In this document: positions 34,306-43,211 of the stretch, piece after piece | Layout: each line of letters begins with the position of its first letter | Numbering within the stretch: the stretch's first letter is position 1 | Position numbers and translations under genes: made by a program | DNA from: Kiritimatiellia bacterium | GTDB lineage: Bacteria > Verrucomicrobiota > Kiritimatiellia > RFP12 > UBA1067 | Assembly: GCA_045537795.1 (NCBI GenBank) | Contig: JAZSQE010000033.1 | Location: forward strand, 17,469 to 81,468 | DNA: 64,000 bases | Reading direction: 5' to 3' | The notes under the pieces: model-generated | Databases searched by the model: none | What the model was told of the DNA's origin: nothing | The model's input: only the letters and a program-made list of their open reading frames with translations

Positions 34306-35064
34306 ATGAACAAAGGAATTTATTCTTTCAAAGTGCGCACCTACGAGTGCAGCGCCGACGGATACGCGACGCTGGCCACGATATGCAATTATCTTCAGGA
34401 GGCGGCCAGCGTAAACGCCGGAGAACTCGGCTTCTCGAAAACCGATTTCGATGCCGCGGGAGAGAATATCTCCTGGGTGCTCACCAGACTGTGCGTAAGG
34501 ATGAAATCCTACCCGCGCTGGGAAGACGAAGTGACGGTGGAGACATTCCCGCGGGGAGGCCGAAAAATCGTCGCTTGGCGCGATTTCGAAATCAAGGACG
34601 CCTCAGGCAAGACGATAGGAGCGGCATCGAGCGAATGGATGCTCATCGATCTGCAGACCCGCCGAGTCAAACCCGTGCCACAGGACGTGCTCTCCTTCGC
34701 CGATCCGGCTAATATCCCCGTGCTGGGAGACGAGCCGTTCGCAAAGTTCCGCTACCCCGCGCCCGCCGGCTCGGCGGACGCTTCGTTCAGAGCGGCAAAA
34801 TTCCACATAGATCTCAACGGCCACGTCAACAACGTCCATTACATCGAATGGATGCTGGAGCCTTGCGCCTCGCTGCGGCCCTGCGAGGCGGATATCGTGT
34901 TCAAGGGCGAAACCCTCATCGGCGATGAAGTGAAAGTCGCGCTCTGTACGGACGCAGGCCGGACATATCACCGCGTGTTCTCCGCCGACGGAAAGGACCA
35001 CGTCATCGCCCGGACTTCCGCCGCCCCCGACGCTTTCACGTTCCGCGCCGAAGTCGCGGACTGA
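34306..35064 (+). CDS. Acyl-ACP thioesterase
   Basis: MNKGIYSFKVRTYECSADGYATLATICNYLQEAASVNAGELGF... with ...HIDLNGHVNNVHYIEWMLE shows the double-hotdog acyl-ACP thioesterase pattern. The track ORF start at 34054 overlaps the upstream gene and was rejected. Confidence 0.8.
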   Translation: MNKGIYSFKVRTYECSADGYATLATICNYLQEAASVNAGELGFSKTDFDAAGENISWVLTRLCVRMKSYPRWEDEVTVETFPRGGRKIVAWRDFEIKDASGKTIGAASSEWMLIDLQTRRVKPVPQDVLSFADPANIPVLGDEPFAKFRYPAPAGSADASFRAAKFHIDLNGHVNNVHYIEWMLEPCASLRPCEADIVFKGETLIGDEVKVALCTDAGRTYHRVFSADGKDHVIARTSAAPDAFTFRAEVAD

Positions 35065-35088
35065 AGGACAGGCATCGGGCGACAACGC

Positions 35089-36171
35089 TCAACGGGACCG
35101 GCCGTTTTCGAGCTCTCTGACTCTCTTGAAAACCCGCTCGGCGATGTCGAGGCGGCCGATCTTTTTAAGACACACTCCGAAATTATTCAGCGGCGCCGGA
35201 TTGTCGGGGTTTATAAGAACCATCGTCTCGTAACACTTCATCGCCATCAGAATTTTGCGCACCTCGAAAAACCCTTTGGCATTTCTGTCGAGACGGTCGA
35301 GGCGCTCGAGGACGAAAAGATCCCGCGCATTGCGCTTCGACGCTCGGCTCCACGCGTCGATCGCCTCCTTTTCACGCCCCGCTTCGGCGAGCATCGAGCC
35401 TTCAATAGCCAGACGTCTGACGACCTGCATGGAGCGCGCCTCGGCGAAAAACCTGCGCGATATATCTTCGTCGACATCTCCAACGTCGATCCAATCCAGA
35501 GAAGGTATCTCCTTGGTGACGAAATACTCCGGACGGACTTCGGCGTTCTGATCGCCTTGCGAAAACGCCGGCATGACATCCTCGCGAGTTCCGGCGTATG
35601 AGGCGAAAAGGTGATGCGCGGCCGGGCATCTCGCGGTCGCGAGAGCGTCAAACACCCCTTCTCCCGAAAAAAGCCCGAAAAGATCGTCGAGCGGCGTTGT
35701 GCGCTTCGCCTTCGAGCCCGTAATGAGCCACTGCTTCTCTCCCGTCATCCACACCCGCACGTGCGGAAGGTCGAAATCCTCGAGAATCTCCCTGAACCGC
35801 GACGACGTGACGCCTCGCACGTCAATCATCCACGCGAGAACTCCACCATCGTCGAGAAAACCCGCCACCTTCGCGCAGGATTCCCTCGACATTCCGCTGC
35901 ACGATACCAGAACGATTCCATACCTGCCCGTGGGCATCAAATGGCTTTTTATTCCGGCGCCGTCGAAAAACTCCGCCGTTTTTTTCGCGCTCTCCCCGAT
36001 CAGCAGCGCATTCGCGGCGGAAGGATTTTCCGCCATGGCGATGAACGCACGCTGAATGTCCACCGGAGGGAAAACGTACGTATCCTGCGGCGAAGATGCT
36101 TCATCCTCCTTTCTGGAACAGCCGAAAAGCGCCAGAACCGCCACGAGAAACACCGCCGAGAGACGTCTCAT
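35089..36171 (-). CDS. Lipoprotein with spermidine-synthase-like middle region and C-terminal TPR repeats
   Basis: MRRLSAVFLVAVLALFGCS (lipobox). C-terminal AIDAWSRASKRNARD...AMKCYETMVLINPDNPAPLNNFGVCLKKIGRLDIAERVFKR is TPR-like. ATGA overlap with the waaA stop (36168-36171). Confidence 0.5.
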   Translation of the reverse strand: MRRLSAVFLVAVLALFGCSRKEDEASSPQDTYVFPPVDIQRAFIAMAENPSAANALLIGESAKKTAEFFDGAGIKSHLMPTGRYGIVLVSCSGMSRESCAKVAGFLDDGGVLAWMIDVRGVTSSRFREILEDFDLPHVRVWMTGEKQWLITGSKAKRTTPLDDLFGLFSGEGVFDALATARCPAAHHLFASYAGTREDVMPAFSQGDQNAEVRPEYFVTKEIPSLDWIDVGDVDEDISRRFFAEARSMQVVRRLAIEGSMLAEAGREKEAIDAWSRASKRNARDLFVLERLDRLDRNAKGFFEVRKILMAMKCYETMVLINPDNPAPLNNFGVCLKKIGRLDIAERVFKRVRELENGRSR

Positions 36172-37442
36172 TCCATTCCTCTCCTCACGGCGGCAAGGCA
36201 TTTCACGACCACGCCCTTGCGATTTTCAACGGCGGCGGCGGCACGGCGGCCGAGCCCCCCGTCGTCATCGAGAAGCGCGCCGAGACACCGCTGCAGCTCC
36301 TCCCCGTCGGAGACCTGCACGATCGCGTCGGCCGCGAGAAGATCGCTCATCACCGGACGGAAATTCTCCGTATTAGGGCCTACGACGACAGGTTTTGCGC
36401 AAAGACACGGCTCTATCATGTTCTGGGAACCGTGCGCCGTCAGAGATTTGCCGACAAAAACGACGTCGGCCGCCGCGTAAAGCCCCATCAGCTCGCCGGT
36501 CGTGTCCGCGAGATAAACGCCCCCGGGCGCGGGCGCGTCCGCACGCGAACGCCGGATGCATCTGTAGCCGGCCTTCAGGATGTTCGCCTCCACCGCATCG
36601 GCTTTTTCGAAATGCCGCGGAGCGATGACAAGTTTAAGATCCTCATGTTCGCGCGCAAGATGCCTGTAGGCCGAGAGAAGCACTGTGTCCTCGCCCGGCC
36701 AAGTCGAACCTCCGAGAAGAACGCGCCCTTCGCCGATCCATTCGCGCATTTCGCGCTCCTTCGCTTCGTTCCGGCGCGCGACGTCGAACTTGAAACTGCC
36801 GGAAACCTCCACCTTCGAAGCGGGCGCGCCCGCCGCGACAAGACGCTCCTTGTCGAGATCGGATTGGGCGAAAATTCGGGTGAACGAAGAAAACACGTCC
36901 GCAAACCAGTATCTGGCGAGCCGATAGCGCGGCGCGCTCCGATCGGAGACACGGGCGTTGACGAGATAGAGGGGCACGCCCAGTTTCTTCGCGCGCAGTA
37001 TGAATTCGGGCCATATTTCGGATTCCGTCAGGACGACCGCGCGGGGTTTCACGGCGGCGAAGGCGGATTTCACGAAATTCGGGAAATCGAGCGGATTGTA
37101 TATCAGGACGTCGCGCGCGCAGATCTCCTTCAGCGCGCACTGCCATCCCGTGGAGGATGTCGTGGAAAAGCAGAACGCGGTCTCCGGATCGGCCCTGCGC
37201 CATTCGCGCATAAGCTGCCCCGCCACCTGCACCTCTCCGACGGAAACGGCATGAATCCACACGAGGCCCTTGCCCGAAGAGTTCGCGCGTCTGAACGCGT
37301 CAAGGACTTCATCGGGATAAAGGGCGAACCTGTCGCCCATGCGCGCGGCGTATCCGCCGCGCCTGAACATCCTGACGAGAAAACCCGGCAGCAAAAACGG
37401 ATATGCCGCCAGAAATCCCACTCTGTACAAAAGCCACTTCAA
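36168..37442 (-). CDS. waaA: 3-deoxy-D-manno-octulosonic acid (Kdo) transferase
   Basis: LVWIHAVSVGEVQVAGQLM is the Kdo-transferase signature. Start uncertain. TTG 37442 (LKWLLYRVGF...) gives a TTGA overlap with the upstream stop. The track start at 37520 would overlap the upstream gene by 82 nt. Confidence 0.8.
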   Translation of the reverse strand: MKWLLYRVGFLAAYPFLLPGFLVRMFRRGGYAARMGDRFALYPDEVLDAFRRANSSGKGLVWIHAVSVGEVQVAGQLMREWRRADPETAFCFSTTSSTGWQCALKEICARDVLIYNPLDFPNFVKSAFAAVKPRAVVLTESEIWPEFILRAKKLGVPLYLVNARVSDRSAPRYRLARYWFADVFSSFTRIFAQSDLDKERLVAAGAPASKVEVSGSFKFDVARRNEAKEREMREWIGEGRVLLGGSTWPGEDTVLLSAYRHLAREHEDLKLVIAPRHFEKADAVEANILKAGYRCIRRSRADAPAPGGVYLADTTGELMGLYAAADVVFVGKSLTAHGSQNMIEPCLCAKPVVVGPNTENFRPVMSDLLAADAIVQVSDGEELQRCLGALLDDDGGLGRRAAAAVENRKGVVVKCLAAVRRGME

Positions 37443-38080
37443 ACCGGCCTGCTCTTGAGAATGTCGGAAAGCGAATACGTCGTGCCGGGCGCCACATCCG
37501 CGAGAACCGGCGTTCCGCACGCGATGCTCGCGCCGTCTCCCACATGAACGCCGGAGGCGGTGGAACCGTTGGCTTCGATTGTCACGTCACATCCCGTCGT
37601 CGTATGGCCGGAAAGCGAAACTCCCGGACCGATGTTCGAAAAATCGCCCACGACGGAATCGTGCCCTACTCCCGCACGCGCACTGAGTATGACGAATTTG
37701 CCGATCTCCGTCCCTACCGAAACGACGACCTCGGGCGCGATGAACGTACCGTGCTTGAACTCCGTCGTCGGTGAAACCTGAGCCGACGGATCGATGAATG
37801 CGGGAAAATCGAAACCTCTGAGCTTGGCGTATATCCTGCGCCGCACGGCATTGTCGCCGATGGCTATGAGCACGGAGGCGCCCGGATGATCCTTCGCGGC
37901 TTTTTCAACCGATCCGAGAAGCGGATATCCCTCGAAATTGCCTTGCGCTTTCGCCGGATCGTCGTCGGCGAAACCTACGACTCTCCACAACGGCTGCTGC
38001 TGGGCGGAGTTTATGCGCTCCACCGTCCAAACCGCCTCGCGACCGAAGCCGCCGGCACCGATGATGAACAAATCTCTCAT
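37439..38080 (-). CDS. NeuD/PglB-family sugar O-acyl/acetyltransferase (left-handed beta-helix)
   Basis: MRDLFIIGAGGFGREAVWTVERIN... followed by hexapeptide-repeat C-terminus (IGKFVILSARAGVGHDSVVGDFSNIGPGVSL). Confidence 0.7.
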   Translation of the reverse strand: MRDLFIIGAGGFGREAVWTVERINSAQQQPLWRVVGFADDDPAKAQGNFEGYPLLGSVEKAAKDHPGASVLIAIGDNAVRRRIYAKLRGFDFPAFIDPSAQVSPTTEFKHGTFIAPEVVVSVGTEIGKFVILSARAGVGHDSVVGDFSNIGPGVSLSGHTTTGCDVTIEANGSTASGVHVGDGASIACGTPVLADVAPGTTYSLSDILKSRPV

Positions 38081-38112
38081 TTATCAAGTCTCCGTGATTA
38101 GAGTGCGGAACA

Positions 38113-39177
38113 TTATAGCAGATTGGCTACAATGTTGCCAACGCAGTCTCCTTCGGCGCGCAAAAGCCGCACGGTGCGCTCCAGATCGGCAACCGCGCGC
38201 GCGCGCGCCTCGTCGTCAGTCAGCCACAGAGAAAGTTTCGCCGCCACCGCTTCGGCGGTAAAATCTTCCTGAAGCAGTTCCGGCATTGGGCACGCGAGAG
38301 AGGATTTTTCGGCGATTATGTTGACAAGCCCCACATGCTTGACGCCCTTTACGACGCGGCGCGCGAACCATGCCAACAGCGCGCTTACCTTGTATACGAG
38401 CACGCTCGGACACCCCGCAAGCGCGGCTTCGAGCGTCGCGGTTCCGCTGGCTACCGCCGCGCAATCCGCCGCCGCGAGGATGCCTCGGGCGCCGCCGTCG
38501 CGCACCTTAACGCGGCCTTCAAGCCCCGAGGCGGCGACGATTTCCCCGATCAGTCTCTTCGCCTGCCCGTTAGCGGCGGGAATGACGGCGTCGACGTCCC
38601 CGCCGAGCATGCGAAACGCATCAAGAAGAACAGGCAGGATTTTTCCGATCTCGCCGATGCGGCTACCGGGAAGAATCGCGAGCGTTTTTCTTCCGGGAAC
38701 GCGGATCGTCGTGTCGGCTTCGAATTTTTCTCCCGCCAGAGGATGCCCCGTGAACCGCGCGAACCCCGCCTTGAACAACCCCGGCTCGAACGGGAAGAAA
38801 CAGCACAGCCTGTCTATGGACGCTTCGATTTTCGGTATGCGCCCGGGCTTCCACGCCCAAACCTGCGGACAGACGACGTGAACGGCTCTGACGCCTTTCG
38901 ATCTGGCGTACGCGGCGAGCTTGAGATTCATGCCCGGATAATCTATCGTGCAGACGACATCGGGCCGCCACGAATCGATCGCCCGCTCCATCGTCTTTTT
39001 CACGCGCATGAAAAAGAATATGCGTCTGAGGACGGCACCGAAACCCATGACGGCGAGATCCGACGTTTCGAACCCGTAATCGGAATATCCGCGCACCTCG
39101 TGACCGGTCAGCCGGCCGCGGATCATGCCGGCGTAGATCATGCCGCTTTCTTCTCCGGCGAGCAAAAGTATCTTCAT
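38113..39177 (-). CDS. lpxB: Lipid-A-disaccharide synthase
   Basis: MKILLLAGEESGMIYAGMI... is a GT19-type N-terminus. The 354-aa length and the context with waaA fit lpxB. Confidence 0.7.
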   Translation of the reverse strand: MKILLLAGEESGMIYAGMIRGRLTGHEVRGYSDYGFETSDLAVMGFGAVLRRIFFFMRVKKTMERAIDSWRPDVVCTIDYPGMNLKLAAYARSKGVRAVHVVCPQVWAWKPGRIPKIEASIDRLCCFFPFEPGLFKAGFARFTGHPLAGEKFEADTTIRVPGRKTLAILPGSRIGEIGKILPVLLDAFRMLGGDVDAVIPAANGQAKRLIGEIVAASGLEGRVKVRDGGARGILAAADCAAVASGTATLEAALAGCPSVLVYKVSALLAWFARRVVKGVKHVGLVNIIAEKSSLACPMPELLQEDFTAEAVAAKLSLWLTDDEARARAVADLERTVRLLRAEGDCVGNIVANLL

Positions 39178-39215
39178 CTCTCAACTTCCGTTGCGCGGAC
39201 ATCGCGCCGCATCAT

Positions 39216-40244
39216 TCAGCGCTGGACGCGGCCTGTGCCGTTGCCTCCGGCGAGCGTTTCAACTTCGGCGACGCTCATGTGGTTGAAATCGAGTTCGACC
39301 GAATGTTTTAGGCACGAAGCCGCCACGGCGAAGTCGATGGCCTTCTGCGCCTTCGCGCCGTTCGCGAGCGAATAGATGAGACCGCCGCCGAAGCTGTCGC
39401 CCCCGCCGACGCGATCGACGATATGCACGTCGTATTCCTTCGAAAAATACGCTTTCCTGCCGTCGTAAAGCATCCCCGCCCACTTGTTGTCGAACGCCGA
39501 GAGCGACGTCCTCAGGGTGATGGCGACATTCTTGCAGCCGAAACGTTTCACGAGCTGCCGCGCTACGGAGATGTAGCCGGCCTTGTCGAGCTTGCCGCTT
39601 TCAACATCCGAGCCTTCACCGACAATACCGAACACGTCCGCCGCGTCCGCTTCGTTGGCGATGAGAACATCGACGTATTTCACGAGCTTCGACATGCATT
39701 CGCACGCTTCGGCCCTGGTCCAGAGTTTCGCGCGATAGTTGAGATCGCAAGAAACGGTGATCTTGTGCGCCTTGCAGTACTTGAGCGCGTCGAGACAGAT
39801 CGCCGGCAGTTCGCCGCCGAGCGCGGGGGTGATGCCGGTAAAGTGGAACCACGTCGCGCCCGAAAGGATTTTCTTCCAGTCGAAATCGGAACGTTTCGCC
39901 AGAGCTATCGAACTGCCGGCGCGGTCGTAAACGACCTTGGACGCGCGCTGCGAGGCGCCCTTCTCCACGAAATAAATGCCCATGCGCGGCCCGCCGAAGA
40001 CGATCTGCGAGGTGTCGACGCCGTATTTGCGCAGCTCATTGCGGCCCGAAACTCCGAACGGATTGTCGGGAAGTTTCGTCGCGAAAGCGGCATGCATACC
40101 GTAGTTAGCGAGACTCACGGCGACGTTCGCCTCGCCGCCGCCGAACGACATTACGAGCTTCTGCGCCTGAACGAAGCGCAGATACCCTTCGGGGTTGAGC
40201 CTCATCATCAATTCACCGAACGTGACCACTTTGTTCTTTTTCAT
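39216..40244 (-). CDS. kdgK: 2-dehydro-3-deoxygluconokinase (PfkB family)
   Basis: VVTFGELMMRLNPEGYLRFVQAQKLVMSFGGGEANVAVSLANYG and C-terminal VDRVGGGDSFGGGLIY (PfkB motif). Confidence 0.8.
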   Translation of the reverse strand: MKKNKVVTFGELMMRLNPEGYLRFVQAQKLVMSFGGGEANVAVSLANYGMHAAFATKLPDNPFGVSGRNELRKYGVDTSQIVFGGPRMGIYFVEKGASQRASKVVYDRAGSSIALAKRSDFDWKKILSGATWFHFTGITPALGGELPAICLDALKYCKAHKITVSCDLNYRAKLWTRAEACECMSKLVKYVDVLIANEADAADVFGIVGEGSDVESGKLDKAGYISVARQLVKRFGCKNVAITLRTSLSAFDNKWAGMLYDGRKAYFSKEYDVHIVDRVGGGDSFGGGLIYSLANGAKAQKAIDFAVAASCLKHSVELDFNHMSVAEVETLAGGNGTGRVQR

Positions 40245-40304
40245 GATTTCCTTTCGCTTTCGCGTACGTGGAGCGAGAACGCACCGCCTTCGCCCTTTGT
40301 TGAG

Positions 40305-40313
40305 ATTATACCA
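40305..40313 (-). promoter_or_regulatory. Extended -10 element TGGTATAAT upstream of kdgK
   Basis: The minus strand reads ...gaaataTGGTATAATctcaacaaaggg... about 60 nt upstream of ATG 40244. Confidence 0.45.
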
Positions 40314-40331
40314 TATTTCAAACCGGGCGGA

Positions 40332-41600
40332 TCAATTCTCCCGCCTGCGCATCACGAACGCGGCGGCAAGAGAAAAAAGCGCTCCGAGAAAAACGAAGTC
40401 GACCAGCACAAGACGCAGCGTCTGCGCCGTCTCGACACATTCGTCGCGCGAGAGCGCTTCAAGCGGGGAGGAAGACGACAATGAGCTCGTCAGAGAGGCA
40501 GAAAAACGGGTTATGTAAAGACCTATGCGGTCGGCGACATCAGTCTCGAGGCGGTCGGGATACTGCTCCACTACGCTCGGGCTTATTTCGGCGACCACAA
40601 GCAGCACGACGGCCGTGAAAAGCGCGACCGGCCGGCTGAGGGACGCCGAAAGGAAAACGCCGAACGAAACGAGAAGCGCCAGAAGCGAAAGCATCACGGC
40701 GTACGCTCTGAGGAGATTGAAAACGAACGCGTCCGCAGGAATCATAAGGTGGATGTCCTGCCGGGGACGAAGCATTATCGCGAGCGCGCTTTCGTTTTTG
40801 AAGACCATCACGGCATTGTCGCGCTCTCCGGCGGACGCGACGGCGTTCGTAAGGGGAACTTCGATAAACGTGCGCGTCATCGACGAAAAGCGGCCCGAAC
40901 GGGAGCCCCATCTGACATGACCCTTGACATCCTGCCGCATGTCGGTCGCATTGGTGAGTTTGAAGCGCACCTTCGCCGCGCCGTCCGCGCACGCGGCATA
41001 AAGCGCAGCGTCGAACTTCCATTCGGCGATCGAGTTCGTGGCGATCGTCTGATACCTGTCTTTGGCGCGCTGCGAGAGAATGCGCATGACCGTCGCCTTT
41101 TTCGCTCTTTTCACCGGCTCGGGCGTATCGGGAGAATTCATGAATACGTTATACATCGTCCGGGCTTCTTCCTGCGGCGTCGGAAGAAGCGGCGAATAGA
41201 GATGGCTGCACGGACGCTCGAGCCCGGTTTTGAAAAGGAGTATCACCGAAGCGAGGGCGAGAACGGCCGCTCCGATGACGACGTGCGCGAGGATCTTCCC
41301 GAGAGCGACGGAAAAGAACCGCACGGGCCTCACCATCGTGAGATCGAGCCTCTTCGCCGATCGCTCGGCCGCTATCGACCCCGTGGCTGAAGCGAGAAGA
41401 GAAACGGCAAGCAGCGTGAAAACTCCGCCGAGGGAAAAGCGGATGTAAAGCTCGAGCTCGCCTTCGGCGGTGCCGTCGCCTTTCACAATATGCGGAAAGA
41501 CAAGCATCCACGCGGCGCTCGCGAGCGCGAGAAGCGCGAAAGTCTTCGACCTGACGAGAGATATCAGCTCAAGAAAGAAAATCCGCAAGAACGAATTCAT
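40332..41600 (-). CDS. ABC-2-type transporter permease-like membrane protein
   Basis: Multiple TM helices at both ends (MNSFLRIFFLELISLVRSKTFALLALASAAWMLVF...; ...VLLVVAEISP...LVLVDFVFLGALFSLAAAFV) flank a large extracytoplasmic loop. Overlaps the ATPase gene 3' end. Confidence 0.6.
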   Translation of the reverse strand: MNSFLRIFFLELISLVRSKTFALLALASAAWMLVFPHIVKGDGTAEGELELYIRFSLGGVFTLLAVSLLASATGSIAAERSAKRLDLTMVRPVRFFSVALGKILAHVVIGAAVLALASVILLFKTGLERPCSHLYSPLLPTPQEEARTMYNVFMNSPDTPEPVKRAKKATVMRILSQRAKDRYQTIATNSIAEWKFDAALYAACADGAAKVRFKLTNATDMRQDVKGHVRWGSRSGRFSSMTRTFIEVPLTNAVASAGERDNAVMVFKNESALAIMLRPRQDIHLMIPADAFVFNLLRAYAVMLSLLALLVSFGVFLSASLSRPVALFTAVVLLVVAEISPSVVEQYPDRLETDVADRIGLYITRFSASLTSSLSSSSPLEALSRDECVETAQTLRLVLVDFVFLGALFSLAAAFVMRRREN

Positions 41601-42327
41601 TGACGTTACCCACTTTCGCGAGGAAGAACTCTTCGAGACTCTCTCCGAGCGACGCGACGTCGCCCTCGGCCGCAGTGCGGCCCTTGTCGAGAATCATGAC
41701 CCTGTCGCAGATATCCTGAGCGTCGGCGAGAAGATGGCTCGTCGTGAGAACGCTCATACCCCCTTCGGCGAGTTTCTTCACGAGCGTCTTGACCTCTTTC
41801 GTGGACACGGGATCCAACCCGCTCGTCGGTTCGTCGAGAATCAGAAGTTCGGGCTTTCCGATAAGCGCCGACGCGAGCGCGACACGTCTGGCCATACCCT
41901 TTGAAAATCCGCCGACGGGACGATTGGCCGCATCGGCGAGAGAAACCATCTCGAGAAGCTGGCGGGTGCGCTCCTTCGCCTCGGCGCGGCCGAGGCCCGA
42001 AAGCCCCGCATAATAGCCGAGCGTTTCTTTCGCGGTGAGAAAGGGATGTAGATAACTGAGCTCCGGCAGATATCCGAGCTTGGCGCGCGCCTCGAGAGAG
42101 CGCGGCGGGCGGCCGAAGAGCGAAACCTTGCCGGAATCGGGTTTGAGCAGCCCGAGAATCATCTTAACCGTCGTCGATTTGCCCGAACCGTTAGGACCGA
42201 GAAGCCCGAACACCTCCCCTCGCCTGACGTTCAGCGAAACGTCTTTGACGGCGGAAACGGTGGGTCTCAGCCAAAAATCACGGAACGTCTTCGAGACGCC
42301 CTCGAGTTCTATCACGTTCTCGTTCAT
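41569..42327 (-). CDS. ABC transporter ATP-binding protein
   Basis: Walker A GLLGPNGSGKST, signature-like FSKGMARR, Walker B LLILDEPTSGLD. Start at MNENVIELEGVSKTF (ATG 42327) with an ATGA overlap to the upstream stop. The longer track ORF was rejected. Confidence 0.9.
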   Translation of the reverse strand: MNENVIELEGVSKTFRDFWLRPTVSAVKDVSLNVRRGEVFGLLGPNGSGKSTTVKMILGLLKPDSGKVSLFGRPPRSLEARAKLGYLPELSYLHPFLTAKETLGYYAGLSGLGRAEAKERTRQLLEMVSLADAANRPVGGFSKGMARRVALASALIGKPELLILDEPTSGLDPVSTKEVKTLVKKLAEGGMSVLTTSHLLADAQDICDRVMILDKGRTAAEGDVASLGESLEEFFLAKVGNVNEFVLADFLS

Positions 42328-43211
42328 GCGACATCCTTCGAGTTCATGAGATAAACACCCGCGAGAAGCGCGGCCGCCAGCGCCGGAATTGCCGCCAGCA
42401 GCGCCCGCAGACCATACGCGGCGTCCATGGAACCGCCCTTGGACAGCGTCTCGCTTAAATAATAATTGCCGAGAGCCGGCAACGACAGCATGATAAGAAA
42501 ACCGCACACCGAAACCGCCTGATTGGCTTTAAGTCTGACGGCTGCGGCAGACGCGACCACAAGAAACACCGCCGCGGGGACGGCCGCGAGAAACGCGACG
42601 GGCAGATACCTCGCGGCAAGCGCGGGGTTGAAACGGTAGAGCGACGCCGCAAAGGCGAAAAGCGGCATCAGCGTCACCGCCGTCAAAACGAATCTGAACG
42701 ACGCGAAACGGTTGAGCAGCGCCGCCAAGGCCAGAGGCATGACCACGCTCGCCGTTGAAAACGCGAGCGAGAAACCCCATATTTTGGCGATGGCGCCCGT
42801 CCCCGCGACAAGTTCGCCGCCTATTTCGGCGCCTCGCACAACGGCGAGAGTGTTGAGCGCGACAGTCGCCGCGAAAAGAAAATACGCGGCGGCGACTCCG
42901 CAGCATTTGGCGACGAAAAAGCCTCCCCGGGTAACGGGCCTCACCAGCGCCATCTGCACCGTGGAACTTTCGATCTCGCGGCGCATCGACCTCACGGCGC
43001 CGAAGACCACAAAAGGCAGGCCTCCGAGAAGCATCACGGAAATCCCGGCGTCGCGAGACATGCGCGTGGGATCTCCGAACTGATGGTAATGGAACGCGCT
43101 CGCGAAAATCGAAAGCGCGAGGGCAGCCATTAAAATCAAAAGCGACAGCGGCTCGGAAAGAATCTCAAGCGCCGTCGCTTTGACGATGGAAAAACGCCGC
43201 CTCACATGCAA
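42324..43211 (-). CDS. ABC-2-type permease (polytopic membrane protein)
   Basis: 295 aa, at least 6 hydrophobic helices. Immediately upstream of the ATPase and coupled to it. Confidence 0.6.
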   Translation of the reverse strand: MHVRRRFSIVKATALEILSEPLSLLILMAALALSIFASAFHYHQFGDPTRMSRDAGISVMLLGGLPFVVFGAVRSMRREIESSTVQMALVRPVTRGGFFVAKCCGVAAAYFLFAATVALNTLAVVRGAEIGGELVAGTGAIAKIWGFSLAFSTASVVMPLALAALLNRFASFRFVLTAVTLMPLFAFAASLYRFNPALAARYLPVAFLAAVPAAVFLVVASAAAVRLKANQAVSVCGFLIMLSLPALGNYYLSETLSKGGSMDAAYGLRALLAAIPALAAALLAGVYLMNSKDVA

